From positions 62,250,001 to 62,314,000 of the forward strand of contig CM052816.1 in the NCBI GenBank assembly GCA_028534125.1: a DNA stretch of 64,000 bases, in the 5' to 3' direction. This DNA comes from Lama glama. Its lineage: Eukaryota. Below, piece by piece: positions 23,648 to 37,629 of this stretch (its first letter is position 1; each line of letters begins with the position of its first letter). A model generated the notes under the pieces. It had not been told where the DNA came from. It did no database searches and was given only the letters and a program-made list of their open reading frames with translations. A program made the translations under genes and the position numbers.

Positions 23648-26600
23648 GAGTCAACCAAAATGGCAATATAAGGAGTTCCTGAGCTCCCCTCCTCTCACAT
23701 ACACAATGAATGTACAGCTACAATTGGATGAAATTCCCTCTGAAAGAGATCCAGAAATTAGCTGGAGTGATTCCTATACATCAGATGAATGAGAAAATAC
23801 CCACATTGAAATGGGTGGGAAAGGCTGAGGCACACTCTTGCCATAAACTGCACCTCTCACACAGTGCAGTATAACAGGGAATGAACCCTCAGCTTCCACC
23901 TTTTCCCTGAGGAGCAAAGGGTCTGGACACTACATCTAGTACTCCAAATGTTTAAGACTCCCAACAGAGGGAATTTCAAAACATCTAACTCAGAAATCCA
24001 TCTGGGCTTGAGTCCATCAGACCCACAAGACGACAGCAAACAATGAAGCAATTATTAATGGGCACGCTAGCATTGACATGGCTATCTCCCCAGGGCTCAG
24101 AGCAGAGGGATCAGGCAAAATCACCCATATCCCAAGCTTTCCCTGAAAGATACTTATCTGCATACTTTAAAAGTTGCTGCCTCAGGTCCAGGCTTCTAAT
24201 TTAGAAAGCACTAGAGGCTGGCTACGATCCTTCCAAGAGACTGGGGAAGACAGTGGATCCATCTCCTGCCTTCTCTGTCTAACTTTTTCCAAGTCACCAT
24301 TACTTGGAAGGAGCATGTACACACATCTGCACCCCAGATTTTATGACTGCCACCCAAGGTATGGATCCCCAGATCACCTGACTTTTATGGCCAAAGGGCT
24401 TCCATTCGCAGGTCCCACAGGACTGCAGCAAACAGAAAAGCAGTTCTTAGCTGGCTATTCCAACAGGGCTCAGTGCAGGTGGAGCAGGCAAAATAGCCCA
24501 TCTTCAGTCTTTTCGTGAAAGCAGTTTATCTGCATGCTTTAAAAGCTGCCATTTGAGGGTCAGGCTTCTAATTTGGTAGGTGTCTAGGGGCAGTTGAGAT
24601 CCTCTCCAGAGACCAGGGAAATTAGAGGCTACCCCTTCTACCTCTATCCCACTCCAATAATGAAACCAAGTTGCCAGTATCTCCCTAGAAGGAGCTTGTA
24701 CACAAATCTGGTGCCCCAGCTTTTGTGACTGTCACTGAAATAGGGTCTCCAGATTGCTTGGCTCTAATAGCCAATGGGAATTTCATTCACAAGTCCCACA
24801 GGACAGCAGAAAATAAATAGTTAAGGGCACAGGAGCATTTCCCCTCCCCTCATAACTATAAACCTGGGCCCAACATAAAGCAGGAAAAATGCCCACTTTA
24901 CTGTTTTTTCCTGGAAGGGGCTTAGCTACTTACTTTCCCACCTGCAGCTTGAGGGACCACCTTCTAATCAGCCTGTATCTAGATGCTGACTGTGATTCTC
25001 CTCTTTGAGAAACTGGCGCATCTTGATACACACTCAGCTACTGGGTGCCACTAAGAATGAAAGGTGGATAATCACAAAAATTTAGGAGACAACTAGGTGC
25101 CCGGACTGGGCTGATCAAGGTTCATCTCCTACATGAGATGACACTGTCAAGATTGGGAGAGGTAGTTATTTTATCTAATTCACAAAAACTGACATACAAA
25201 GTCTAGGAAAATAAAGAAAAAGGAATATGTTCCAAATAAAAGGACAAAATAAATTTACAAAAACATATCTTAATGAAATAGAGATAAGGACTTTACATGA
25301 TGGTTTAAAATAGGACATAAAGATGTTCACCAACGTTAGGAGAGCAACGTATGAAAAATAAGAATTTCAACAGAGAGCAAAAATACTTTTTACAGAACAA
25401 ATAACTGAACTAAAAATTCAATAGATGGAGTTCAGACTATCAAATGGAAAAAAGGATCAGCAGACTACAAGAGCAATGGAATGCATCTGAGGAGCAAAAA
25501 GGAAAAAAAAACTTAGGGGACACCATCAAAATGGACCAATGTATGCATTATAAGAGTCCCATAAGGAGAAGAGAGAGAGGCAGAGAACTTACTTGAAGCA
25601 ATAATAGCTAAAAACTCCCATATGGTGGGAAAGGAAAGAGACATTTAGGTCCCAAACAAGATTAACCCAAAGAGGTCTATGCCAAGAACATTGTAATTAA
25701 AATGGAAGAAACTATAGAGAATATTAAAAGCAGCAAGGGAAATCAATTAGTTACGTATAATGGAAATCCCATAAGACTGTCCCCTGACTTTCAGCAGAAA
25801 CTTTGCAGGCCAGAGTGATATATTCAAAGTGAGGCAAGGGAAAACCTAGAAGAATAACAGTCTACCCCAAAAGGCTATTCAGATTTGTATGAGAGAGAAA
25901 TTTTGCAGACAAGCAAAAGCTAAAAGTTCAGCACCACTAACTGGCTTAATGAGAAATGCTAAATGGACCTCTCTAAGCAGAAAAGACCACAGCTAAAAAT
26001 ATGAACATTATGAAGGGAAAAAGGTCATCAGTAAAGGCAAATATACAATAATGGTAGTAAATTAACCACTTACAAAACTAATAGGAAAGTTAAAACAAGG
26101 AGAAAAATAGCAAAAATCATCTATATTCCCTAATAAGTAGTTAAGGGCTACACAATAAGATATGAGTAAAAAAACAGCAAATGTTGAGAGAAAGACTATA
26201 AAAGGTTATTAGAATGATTCCAAAAATAAGAGATCAACTTAATATAATCACAGATAGTTATATATATAAGTATATGATATATATATATATATATATGAAC
26301 TTCATGGTAAACACAAACCAAAAACCTGTGATAGATACACACAAAAGAAAAAGAAATCCAATCATGGTAACCAAATAACAAAGGAAGGGAGCAAAATAAG
26401 AAATAAAAAAAGAACTACAAAACAACCAGAAAATTAACAAAATGGCAATAAACACTCACTTATTGATGGTAACTTTAAATGTAAATGGAGTAAATGCTTC
26501 AATCAAAATACACAGATTGGGTAAGTGTATTAAAAAAAAATGAGTCCCATATATACATATCTGCCTACAAGAGAGACATTTCAGATCTAAAGACACAGGT

Positions 26601-28571
26601 TGAAGGTGAAAGGAGAGAAAGTTATTTAATGAAAACAGAAAAGAAAGCTAGGAAAGCTTTGATATCAGACAAAATAGACTTTAAAACAAAGACTGTCACA
26701 AGAGGCAGAAAAGGACATTGCATAATGAAAAAGGGATCGATCCAAGAGGAAGATATAACAATTATAAATACATATGCACCCAACATAGCAGCACCTAAAT
26801 ACATAAAGCAAATATTAATTGTAGGGAAGTTTACTATCCTGCTTACATCAATGGACAGGTTCTCCAGATATAAACTCAATGAAAAAACACTAGCCTTTAA
26901 TAACATATTAGACTAGAGGGACTTAATAGGTACCAAGAGAACATTCCATCCCAAAACAGCACAAGTACACATGGAACTTTCTCTAGAATATATCACATGC
27001 TAGGCCAAAAAACAAGTCTCAGTACATTTAAGAATCATATCAAGTATCTTTTCCAACCACAATAATATGAAACTAAAAGTCAATTATTTGTAAAAAAAAA
27101 CAAAAAACAAAAAACAAAAAACTATAAAAACCCCCACAAACACCTGTAGGTTAAACAATATGACACTAACAACCAATGAGTCACTGAAGAAATCAAAGAG
27201 GAAATAAAAATCTGGACACAAATGAAAACAAAAACATGATTCTCAATCTGTGAGACACAGCAGAAGCAGTTCTAAGAGGGTAGTTTATAGCAATACAAGC
27301 CTACCTTAGGAATAATAATAAAAAAAAACCCCCTCAACCTAAACTTACACTTTAAAAACAAAGTTAGTGGAAGGAAAGAAAGATCAGAGCAAAAATAAAT
27401 GACATAGAGACTAAAACAACAGTAGAAAAGATCAATGAAACTAAAAGTTGGTTCTCTGAAAAGGAACAAAAATCATATTTAGCCAGACTCATTAAGAAAA
27501 AGAAAGGTCCCCCATAAGTAGAATCAGAAATGAAAGAGAAGTTAAAACCAATACCACAGAAATACAGAGAATCATAAGAGATTATGACAACATTCACATG
27601 CCAAAAAAAGAATAACCTATAAGAAATGGATACATTTCTAGAAACACATTATCTCCCAAGACTAGGTCAAGATGAAACAAAATATAAATAGTTCTATTAC
27701 CAGTCATGAAATTGAATCAGTAATTTTAAAACTCCCAATGAATAAAAATCTAGGACCAGAAGGTTTCCCAGGTGAATTCTACCAAACATTAAAGAGGAAT
27801 TAATGCCCATCCTTCTCAAACTCTTCCAAATTCATTTTACCAGGCCAATATTACCCTGATATGAAAACGAGACAAAGACACTATAAGAAAATAAAATTAT
27901 GGGTATCACTGATGATTAAAGATGCAAAAATCCTCAACAAAATATCAGCAAACCATATCCAATAATATGTTAAAAGGATGAAAGAACATGATTAACTAAG
28001 TATTATCCCAGAAATACAAGGATGGTTTAGTATTCTCAAATTAGTCACTGTGATACGCCACATTAACAAACTGATGAAATCATATTATCATTTCAAAAGA
28101 TGTAGAAAAAGCTTTTGACAAAATTCAACATTCATTTATTGAAAAAAAAAACTCAATGAAATGGGCAGAGAGGCAACATACCTCATAATAATAAAGGCCA
28201 TAATGAGATATCACCTCACACCTGTCAGAATGGCTATTATCAAAAAGATAATAAATAACATGGGTTGGCAAGGATGAATGAAGGGAACACTCATGCACTG
28301 TTGGTTGCAAATGTAAATTGGTGCCGCCACTATGGGAAACAGTATCAAAGGGAAAACAGTATGGACATTCCTCAAAAATTATATACAGAACTACCGCATG
28401 ATACAGCAATTCCAGTTCTGAGTACTTTTTTAAAGAAAACAAAAGCACAATCAAAAGGATATATGCACCCCCTATGTTACTTTGCATCATAATTCACAAT
28501 ACCCAAGATAGGGAGGCAACCTATGTGCCTGTGGATAGATGAATGGATAAAGAAGATGTAGTATGTATAAA

Positions 28572-28647
<76 letters not shown>

Positions 28648-29490
28648 AATATTATTCAGCCATAAAAAGAATGGAATCTTTTTTGACAACATGGATGAAA
28701 GTGGAGGGTATTATGCTAAGTGAAATAGTCAGCAGAGAAAGTAAAAAACCATGTGATTATACTTACACATGGAATCTAAAAAATAAAACAAATAAACATA
28801 ACCAAAAAGAAACAGTCATAGATACAGAGAACAAACAGGTGTTTGCCAGAGGGTAGGAGGGTGGGGTGAGGAGTGAAATAGGTGAGGGAAATGAAGAGGT
28901 ACAAACTTCGTCACAAAATAAGCAGGTCATGGGGATGAAATGGCCAACATGAGAAATACAGTCAATAATGATATAATGTCTTTGCATGGTAATAGATACT
29001 AACTAGATCTACCATAGTGATCATTTTGTAATGTACAGACATATCTAATCACTATGTTGTGCACCAGGAACTAACATAGTGTTGCAGGTCAATTATAATT
29101 CAAAAAGAAAGAAAGAAATAAACTTACAGGAAGAGAACAGAGTTGTGAATACCAGAGCTAGTGGATGAGGGAAGGAGGAACTGGATGAAGGCAGTCAAAG
29201 GGTAGAAACATCCAGTTATGAGATAAATAAGTGCTAGGGACATATAGTTTATATATTTAACATTGCTCTATGTTGTATGTGAAAACTGATAAAAGAGTAA
29301 ATTCTAAGAGTTTTCATCACAAGGAAAAAATTTTTTTTCTCTTATTTTCTATCTATATGTGATGATGGAAGTTCACTAAACTTACTCTATGTAAGTCAAA
29401 TCATTATGTTTATGCCTTAAACATATACAGTGCTTTATGCCAATTATATCTCAATAAAACTGGAAGGCAAGAAATTTAAAATAAAATAAA
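23648..29490 (+). mobile_element. Near full-length degraded L1: 5'UTR with tandem repeats, ORF1 and ORF2 remnants, internal deletion at about 28200, 3'UTR and polyA
   Basis: 5' start gagtcaaccaaaatggc. Endonuclease remnant KIDFKTKTVTRGRKGHCIMKKGSIQEEDITIINTYAPNIAAPKYIKQIL (26494-26916). AATAAA and A-rich tail at about 29453-29490. Confidence 0.88.
28573..28644 (+). repeat. (AC)36 microsatellite
   Basis: Perfect dinucleotide run. Confidence 0.97.
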
Positions 29491-29774
29491 TATTTTTCAA
29501 AGGCAAAAAGAAACTGAATGGGCAGAGAGCATGCATTAAAAAAAAAAAACAGACCCAACCATATGTTGCCTACAAGAGACTTACTTCAGCTTTAATGACA
29601 CACACAGTCTGAAAATACAGAGGTGGAAAAAGATATTTTACGCAAATTAAAAAAAAAAAAGCTGAGGTAGCTATACTTGTATTGGACAAAATAGACTTTA
29701 AGTCAAAGACTGTAATAAGACAAAGAAATTCACTATATAATAATAAAGGAGTCAATTCATCAAAAAGGATGCAT

Positions 29775-29921
29775 CCAGCCCTCTGTATCCACAGGTTTCA
29801 TATCTACGGACACAGAGATTCACCTGAACTATGCCATTCTATTAAGGGACTTGAGTATGTGCTGATTTTAGTAACAGTGAGGGCTCCTGGAACAGATCTC
29901 TGATGGATACGAAGAATGACT
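29775..29921. mobile_element. MER2/Tigger-like MITE remnant inside the L1 endonuclease region
   Basis: Termini cagccctctgtatccacagg and cctggaacagatctctgatggatacgaagaatgac resemble MER2 ends and interrupt L1 ORF2. Confidence 0.55.
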
Positions 29922-30824
29922 TTACAACATTTGTAAACATTTATGCATCCAACATAGGAATACCTAAATAAGTGAAACAAACATTATGAGATCTGAAGGG
30001 AAAAACCGTCAGCAATGCAGTAATAGCAGGGAACTTTAAAAACCCACTTTCAAGAATGGATAGGTGATCTAGGCAAAAAATCAACAAGGAAACATTGAAC
30101 TTAAGGAGGTAAAAGATCTGTATATGGAAAACTGTTAAGAAAGAAATTAAAGAAGACACAAATGGAAAAATATTCCATTTTCATGGGTGGGAACCATTAA
30201 TATTGTTAATATTGTTAAAATGTCTATCCTACCCAAAGTGGCCTACAGGTTCAATGCAATCCTTATCAAAATTCCAATGACACCTTTCAGAGAAATAGAA
30301 AAAGCAATTCTAAAATTTGTATGGAAACACAAAAGACCCCCAAAAGCCAAAGCAATCTTGCAAAAGAACAACAAAGCTGGAGGCATCACACTTCCTGATT
30401 TCAGAGTACAGTACAAAGATACAATCAAAACCATACAGTTCTGTTATAAAAATGGACACAGATCAGTGGCACAGAATAGACAGCCTTGTAATAAACACAT
30501 GAATATATGGCCAATTACCTTTTGATAAAGGGGCCAAGAATATACAATGGGAAAAGGATAGTCTCTTTAATAAACAGTGCTAGGAAAAATGGGATTGCCA
30601 CCTGCAAAAAAATGAAACTGGACCCTCATCTTTCACCATACACACAAAAAGTCAACTCAAAATGGATTTAAGATTTGAATGTAAGACCTAAAACTGTAAA
30701 TGCTAGAGGAAAACATAGTGGGTACACTCCTTGACACTGGTCTTAGAGATTTTTTTTTCGGATTTGACACCAAAAGCCAAAAGAAACAAGTGGGATGACA
30801 TCAAACTAAAAAGCTACTGCTCAT

Positions 30825-31959
30825 ACAACTTAATAAGAAAAAACAAACAACCCCATCCAAAAATGGGCAGAAGACCTAAACAAGCAATTCTCCAAGGAAG
30901 ACATACAAATGATCAATAAGCACATGAAAAAATGCTCAATATCACTAATTATCAGAGAAAGGCAAANNNNNNNNNNNNNNNNNNNNNNNNNNNNNNNNNN
31001 NNNNNNNNNNNNNNNNNNNNNNNNNNNNNNNNNNNNNNNNNNNNNNNNNNNNNNNNNNNNNNNNNNNNNNNNNNNNNNNNNNNNNNNNNNNNNNNNNNNN
31101 NNNNNNNNNNNNNNNNNNNNNNNNNNNNNNNNNNNNNNNNNNNNNNNNNNNNNNNNNNNNNNNNNNNNNNNNNNNNNNNNNNNNNNNNNNNNNNNNNNNN
31201 NNNNNNNNNNNNNNNNNNNNNNNNNNNNNNNNNNNNNNNNNNNNNNNNNNNNNNNNNNNNNNNNNNNNNNNNNNNNNNNNNNNNNNNNNNNNNNNNNNNN
31301 NNNNNNNNNNNNNNNNNNNNNNNNNNNNNNNNNNNNNNNNNNNNNNNNNNNNNNNNNNNNNNNNNNNNNNNNNNNNNNNNNNNNNNNNNNNNNNNNNNNN
31401 NNNNNNNNNNNNNNNNNNNNNNNNNNNNNNNNNNNNNNNNNNNNNNNNNNNNNNNNNNNNNNNNNNGTATTTACACAGTGGAATACTATTCAGCCATAAA
31501 AACCGACAACATAACGCCATTTGCAGCAACATGGATGCTCCTGGAGAATGTCATTCTAAGTGAAGTAAGCCAGAAAGAGAAAGAAAAATACCATATGAGA
31601 TTGCTCATATGTGGAATCTAAAAAAAAAAAAAAGCATAAATACAAAACAGAAACAGACTCATAGACATAGAATACAAATTTGTGGTTGCCAAGGGGGAGA
31701 GGGGTGGGAAGGGATAGACTGGGATTTCAAAATTTGTAGATACTGACAGGCATATGCAGAACAGATAAACAGGATTATACTGTATAGCACAGAGAAATAT
31801 ATACAAGATTTTGTGGTAGCTCACAGTGAAAAAAAATGTGACAATGAATCTATCTATGTTCATGTATAACTGAAAAATTGTGCTCTACACTGGAATTTGA
31901 CACAACATTGTAAAATGACTATAACTCAATAAAAAAGTGTTAAAAAATAAAAAATAAAT
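30825..31959 (+). mobile_element. Young 5'-truncated L1 nested in an older L1, related to the 558-1890 element
   Basis: Perfect 17-bp flanking repeat aaaaagctactgctcat at 30808-30824 and 31960-31976. It shares the VSQKEKEKYHMR..ICGI ORF2 end and a similar 3'UTR with the 558-935 copy. Confidence 0.9.
30967..31466. other. Assembly gap (500 N)
   Basis: Exactly 500 N. Confidence 1.
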
Positions 31960-32546
31960 AAAAAGCTACTGCTCATCAAAAGAAATCATGAAAAAAATGA
32001 AAAGGCAACCTATGACTTGGGATAAAACACTTGCACACCACATATCTGATAAAAGGTTAATATCCAAATAGACAAAGAACACATACAACTCAATAGCAAA
32101 AAGACAAATGGCCTAGCTCAAAAACAGGCAAAGGACCTGAAGAGACACTTTTCCAAAGAAGATATTGAAATGGACAACAGGTTCATGAAAGGTGCTTAAA
32201 TTAAGATCACCAATTATCAGGGAAAGGCAAATCAAAACCACAATGAGGTACCAACTCATACCTGTTAGCATTATTATTATCGAAAATACAAGAGAGAATA
32301 CTGAAGAAGATGTGGAGAAAAGGGAACTCATGCACACTGTTGGTGGGAATATACCCTGGTACAGCTACTATGGAAAACTATAGAGGTTCCTCAGAAAATT
32401 AATATAACTACCATATGATCCAGTAATCCTAATTCTGGGTACATATGCAAAGGAAACAGAATCATTATCTGGAAGAGACATATGCCAAGGTATGGAAACT
32501 ACCTGTGTCCACTGATGGATAAATAGATAAAGAAAAGGTGTGTGTG

Positions 32547-32550
<4 letters not shown>

Positions 32551-32580
<30 letters not shown>
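32551..32580 (+). repeat. (CA)15 microsatellite
   Basis: Perfect run preceded by a short (TG)n. Confidence 0.95.
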
Positions 32581-32581
<1 letters not shown>

Positions 32582-33434
32582 TATACATATACATGTATAT
32601 GTGTGTGCATATACATATAGTGGAATTTTTTTGGCCTTAAAAAAGGAAATCCCATCGTGCCATTTTGACATGGATAAACCTGGAGAGCATTATGTTAAGT
32701 AAAATAAGCTGGACAGAGAAAGAAATACTGTATGCTATCAGTTATACATGGAATCTAAAAAACAAGCAAACCAAACCAGAAAAACCTCATAGAAATAGAG
32801 TAGAAAAATAGTTGCTTGGGGCTGAGGAGTGGGGGAAAGTGACAGAGAGGTTGGTAAAAGGGTACAATCTTTCAGTTATAAGATGAATAGTCTGAGGATC
32901 TAATGTGATTATAGTTGATAACGCTGTACTGTATAATTGAAGTTTGCTGAGAGTAGAACTTAAATGTTCTCACCAAAAAAACAAAAGCAAAAACAAAAAT
33001 AAAAAAGAAACATGAGATGATGGTGTGTTAATTAACTTGCTATGGGGGTTCCCTTCACAATGTATACACGTATCAAATTATCACACTGTATACTTTAGGT
33101 CCTTACAATTTTTTTGGTCACTGATACTGTCAATAAAGCTAGGGGAAAAAAAAAGAAAAGAATGAGTAATAAATACTGGGAGATATTTGGACGTATCTGG
33201 GTAGTTGCTGTTTGCTACAGTAAATGGAGGGTCTACTTCTGGTCAGGTGTGCTACATGTTCAGCAATGCTGAGTTAGTCTCATACAACGAAGAACTGTCC
33301 TGACCTAAAGACCAATAGGAATCCTTTTGAGAAAAACAGTAGAGGTCCCTTATTTGAAACAAAATAAGAAATAAAGAAAATGACCTATTGGTAGTTAATT
33401 TCACAACTAACACTTGTTATCAGATGAACCTTAC

Positions 33435-33480
33435 CTTGTCGGATTATTGCTCAGACAGGGTATCATTGAAGTAGAAATAC
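33435..33480 (-). other. RNF180: Candidate 46-nt alternative cassette exon in the last RNF180 intron
   Basis: tttttgtttgatacag|GTATTTCTAC...CCGACAAG|gtaagg: good acceptor and donor, open in the incoming phase. Confidence 0.45.
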
Positions 33481-35514
33481 CTGTATCAAACAAAAAAGTA
33501 TTCCTAACATTTCTAAATTTACAAATATAAATTATTGGAGTGATTTGGTGAATAATTTATGCTATGAGTTACATCACGTGGTTATCAGTTTTATAAATAT
33601 TTATATCACTTCAGTGAATGAAAAGGAATGTATTTTCTAATTTTTGATTTATGTACAAAGAAATATATTACTAGCTGTTGTATGTTTTGAGGATCACCTT
33701 GATGGGAAATATTATTTAGAAAACTTAGACTCCATTAATTTAATGACAACTCAATTTAAGAAAAAAGCATTTTATCTGCTTGAGAGATTATTTTCCCTTA
33801 TGAGAGTTAAAAAAAAAAAGCACCACTGCTTTAGTTTCATTTTATCTTTTCAAAGCTCTGCTAATACTGCTGAGAAATCAGCATCCACTTTACAGGAAGT
33901 CATATTATCAAATCAGCTTGAAAAGTCTCATATTTGGCCACCAGTTGTTTGTATAAACTCTTTAAAAATGAACTAGTAACCTTATTCTTTGTTTTGTGTG
34001 AACTCTTAGGACATACCACATGAGCAATGTAGAATAACTTGAAAGCATAATACATATTTCAGAGCGAACTCAAAGTTTCTAGTCATTTAAATTGTCTCTT
34101 TTTGAATTATCTTTGAATATTTTGAGAAACAAGTCTTATGACCTTTCATTTTCTCAGACCATAAAAAAGTAACAGAAGAAAAATCAGTTCCTATGCCATA
34201 TATTATTTTCTCTCCTTGCTATTTTAGGAAAAATAATATTTAAATGTAGTATTGAAAAAATTTAATGGGATAGAAACTGTTTCCAGACAGATTATATTTT
34301 CGGATTCTCCTATAAAATAAATAATTTATATACACCCTTGCATATATTCAATATATTTCAGCCTCTCAGAAATGCAGTAGAGAATATATTTTAAGTGATA
34401 ATATAATACAGATCTCTATTGTGTTACCAAAATAATAGAACTGTTCACAAAACAATAGTATCTAACATTTCTCAACTTTCTCAGAAAAGCTAAAACATGT
34501 ATGTAGAATAGGATTTTGCTAATAAAAGCCATTTCATTATCAGTACAGTTATGAAGTTCTTGTTTTGAATCTTTTAAGCTGCATTGGTTAATCATAGCAC
34601 AAGCCTGATACTGGCAAAATTAGATTCAAACTTTACATCTGTTCAGTTGTTTGCATGTTTTCAGCAGCAAATTATAGACCTGGAAACCTTAAAACATTTT
34701 TGTATTATTAATTTTAATGAACTAATACTGTAATAGCTGTTGAAATTTGTGGGTATACATCTCATTTAATAATATTCATCTTTTTGAAGCCATAATAAAT
34801 AAGCACTTCTAGTTCATGTGCACCATATAAATGAAAGATGTGAATCATAGCAGTAGCTCTACCAGTTGGCAAAAATGCCTGGAATTCTCAAGCATATCTT
34901 CAGATCACTAGCATACTCCTCCTGTCCTCAAAGGAGAGAAGTTGGAATTGCCTCCTCCTCTTCCCTACATACTTATCTTTTTTTGCAACTTCTTTTCCTG
35001 TCATGAGACTACCTTGATAACCATTTCAACCCACTTTCCTTTTTTTTTAACAGTTAAATTTTTTTAACAGATGAAGAAATAGGCAAATAGATTTGGTGCC
35101 TTGGATACAATATGGAAGTAATAACACTTTGTTGTCTCCCAAATCCCATGGCATTTTCCCCAGAGAGGAGGTGTTCTCAGCATATTGTCTAAACTAATTT
35201 GTGCAATTACTTGCAGATTTCTTAAATTTGCACTGTAGTTTCAATTTACCATCTAAAATAAATGGATGACTGCCACGCACTATTAAACTCACTGTACTAT
35301 GTCAGAGTTCATTTCAGTGTAAGACAAACACCAATCATCTCCTTTATTTATAATACTGTATTCGGTCTAATTAATTCATTCTTCATAATAGTTTGGATAT
35401 GTTACTACCTGGAAGTCAGAGAAGAAATAATAGGACCTTTCAAGGTAACTTTCCATTCTGAGTCCACATTCTGTCCTGTTATATAGTCACACGTCCTAGC
35501 GGCTTCTAGAGCAA

Positions 35515-35660
35515 TGTGTCTCAATGCTGGTACTTTGGTTGCGCACATTGGACTCTCCTGGGGAGCTTTAAATACTACTGATGTTTGAGACCCATCTCCA
35601 CAGATTATAATTTAGTTGGTCTGGGATATGACCAGGGCACTGAGATTGATTCAAGGTTAT
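35515..35660. mobile_element. MER5A-like MITE fragment
   Basis: gcacattggactctcctggggagctttaaatactactgatg...ggtctgggatatgacc. Confidence 0.6.
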
Positions 35661-37629
35661 AGTGTGAAATAACAGAAACTAATAAACCAGAAATGTCTTG
35701 CTTCAAAAAAACAAAACCTGATCTCTTCTCTCATGCAAAAAAATTTGTTTTTTCATCTGTTAAAATTAGTTGAGGACCTTGTAATTTTCCAAGATGAAAT
35801 GAATAGTTCTGTTTCACAATAATGAATGGTCTTATGTTGTAGTTAATCCAGTTTAGGATATACAATTTCTGAAATTCTAGATGAATGCTGATGGTTATTT
35901 CTCTTGGAAGTTCTTTATCTCTTTATTAGTATCATCAACCTAAATTCCTGACTGACTGAAATGAGATTGAGTAATGTACATTTTACTTTCCCTAAGAAAT
36001 AAAGAGGAAAGTAATTTCCCTAGAAGCTAGTAATTTTTGAAAAATATTTTAACTGCAAATATAATCATACTCTGCAAACCCCCCACCCCAAATTCCTTCC
36101 ATAACTTCAGGATCTTTTTGAGTCAAAAATAAATTTATAAAATTAAAAATTGTACATTTAAAATAACAGCTTATGAACAATGGAGGGCTTTTGGTTAGTA
36201 ATATGAGTAATGCAGGATGATTAGCCAATCTTACATGCAGAAAAGCAAGTTGTTTATAGATTGTTCCTTTTTGCATCTGTCATGACAGGTGTTATGAGTG
36301 TTCTTGGTTGGAAGTGACCTAGACTTTAAAGAGAATTTCTAGCTTTCAAATAATTTATATGTGAACATTAAGGAAAATTTCATTAAGACATTGCTAAGAC
36401 TACAGATTGCATTTTTTTCAATTCACCTCTAAGTTTAACAAATTTTAAATTTATCTTTTAATGAGCACTTCCCTGTTACTTCATTATTTCCATGTATAAA
36501 TGTCAGGGTTATTATATTGCTTTCTGATAAAGTTATGCATAGAGGTGTACATAAACAAAAGGCATGAAATACTCTTGTGGATAGTTATCTTTCCCAATAG
36601 AGAGACTGTCCTTAGGGTCAGTCTTAGGGTCAAGGGTCAAACAGCCAATAAGTGTAAGCCCTGTTGATCAGGAAAAGAGAAAAGATGAGGAGAGACCATG
36701 TGTCATATATGCTCAGTTATGCAATGCACTGCCGACCTACAGAGAGCACCCTTCACAAAGGCAACTATATGGAAAGGTGCTTCCTAGAGTTGTGCAGTGT
36801 GGCATCCCTGACTTTAAAGCTCTCACTGCTTTTCTAATTTGGAAGAGTCTAGTTGCTAAACCCAGGTGGATAATCTTCTGTGATGAAGTAGGCTAGAAGC
36901 CCCCTAGAGGGCTGTAAGCTGAGGATGAGTAAGCTACACTTTGCAAACTATATTATCTAGATTCTGGCAAATGGATCAATAGCCAAATGAGAAGTAAAAC
37001 ATTGCTTAATGAATACAATCACTGGTAATTTAGAAAATCTAAGGCTTATAGTATACTGGCTTAAAGAATAGGGGCTTCTTGTTCCCACCTCTAGTCTTCA
37101 TTTTGGGATTCACATACAAAGAGGTAGAACTCAGCTTACAGGCTGAACTCTCAGTCCACTTACTCGAACAGCCTAGCTGCACGAAAGAAGTAGAACCCAG
37201 AGAAGTATGACAGATTTATATCGTTCAACCTATAAAAGGCAGAAGAGAATGAGAACAGTGGACTGGCTAAAAAAAGGCACTGCCTGAGTTCTGAGTTTAG
37301 AGGAAGTGCAAGGGCACCCACTGTGCCTGAATAAAGGAAGTAGCAGTGGGATGAAAACAGGGCATGTCACTCCAAGACAGTGACTCTGAACACAGTAACC
37401 CAAGCCACTAACAACATATGGCTCAGTGAATGTCAAGCCTCAGTGTCCATTTTAGTCTTTTTTATAGCTTCCATTTTCTTTTGACATTGCCTACTCCTTT
37501 ACCTATTTTGCCCATCTTTTTTCATTTTTCATTAACATTTTTTTTCTAATAGTTAGTTAAAAATCCTAGTCAGTTCATTCCAACATCCAGATCATCTAGG
37601 GATCTGTTTCCATTTTCTGCTTCCTCTCG

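Larger units (their letters stand above)
29500..33163 (+). mobile_element. Second degraded L1 (ORF2 fragments plus 3'UTR) in tandem, carrying nested inserts
   Basis: Endonuclease restart DKIDFKSKTVIR and [24 protein letters not shown] (30187-30525); caataaagct...A-rich tail at 33131-33163. Confidence 0.85.

Noticed and set aside
26494..26916. Endonuclease-like ORFs (also 30187-30525 and 63228-63602) as functional genes
   Set aside because: Fragments of frameshifted L1 ORF2.
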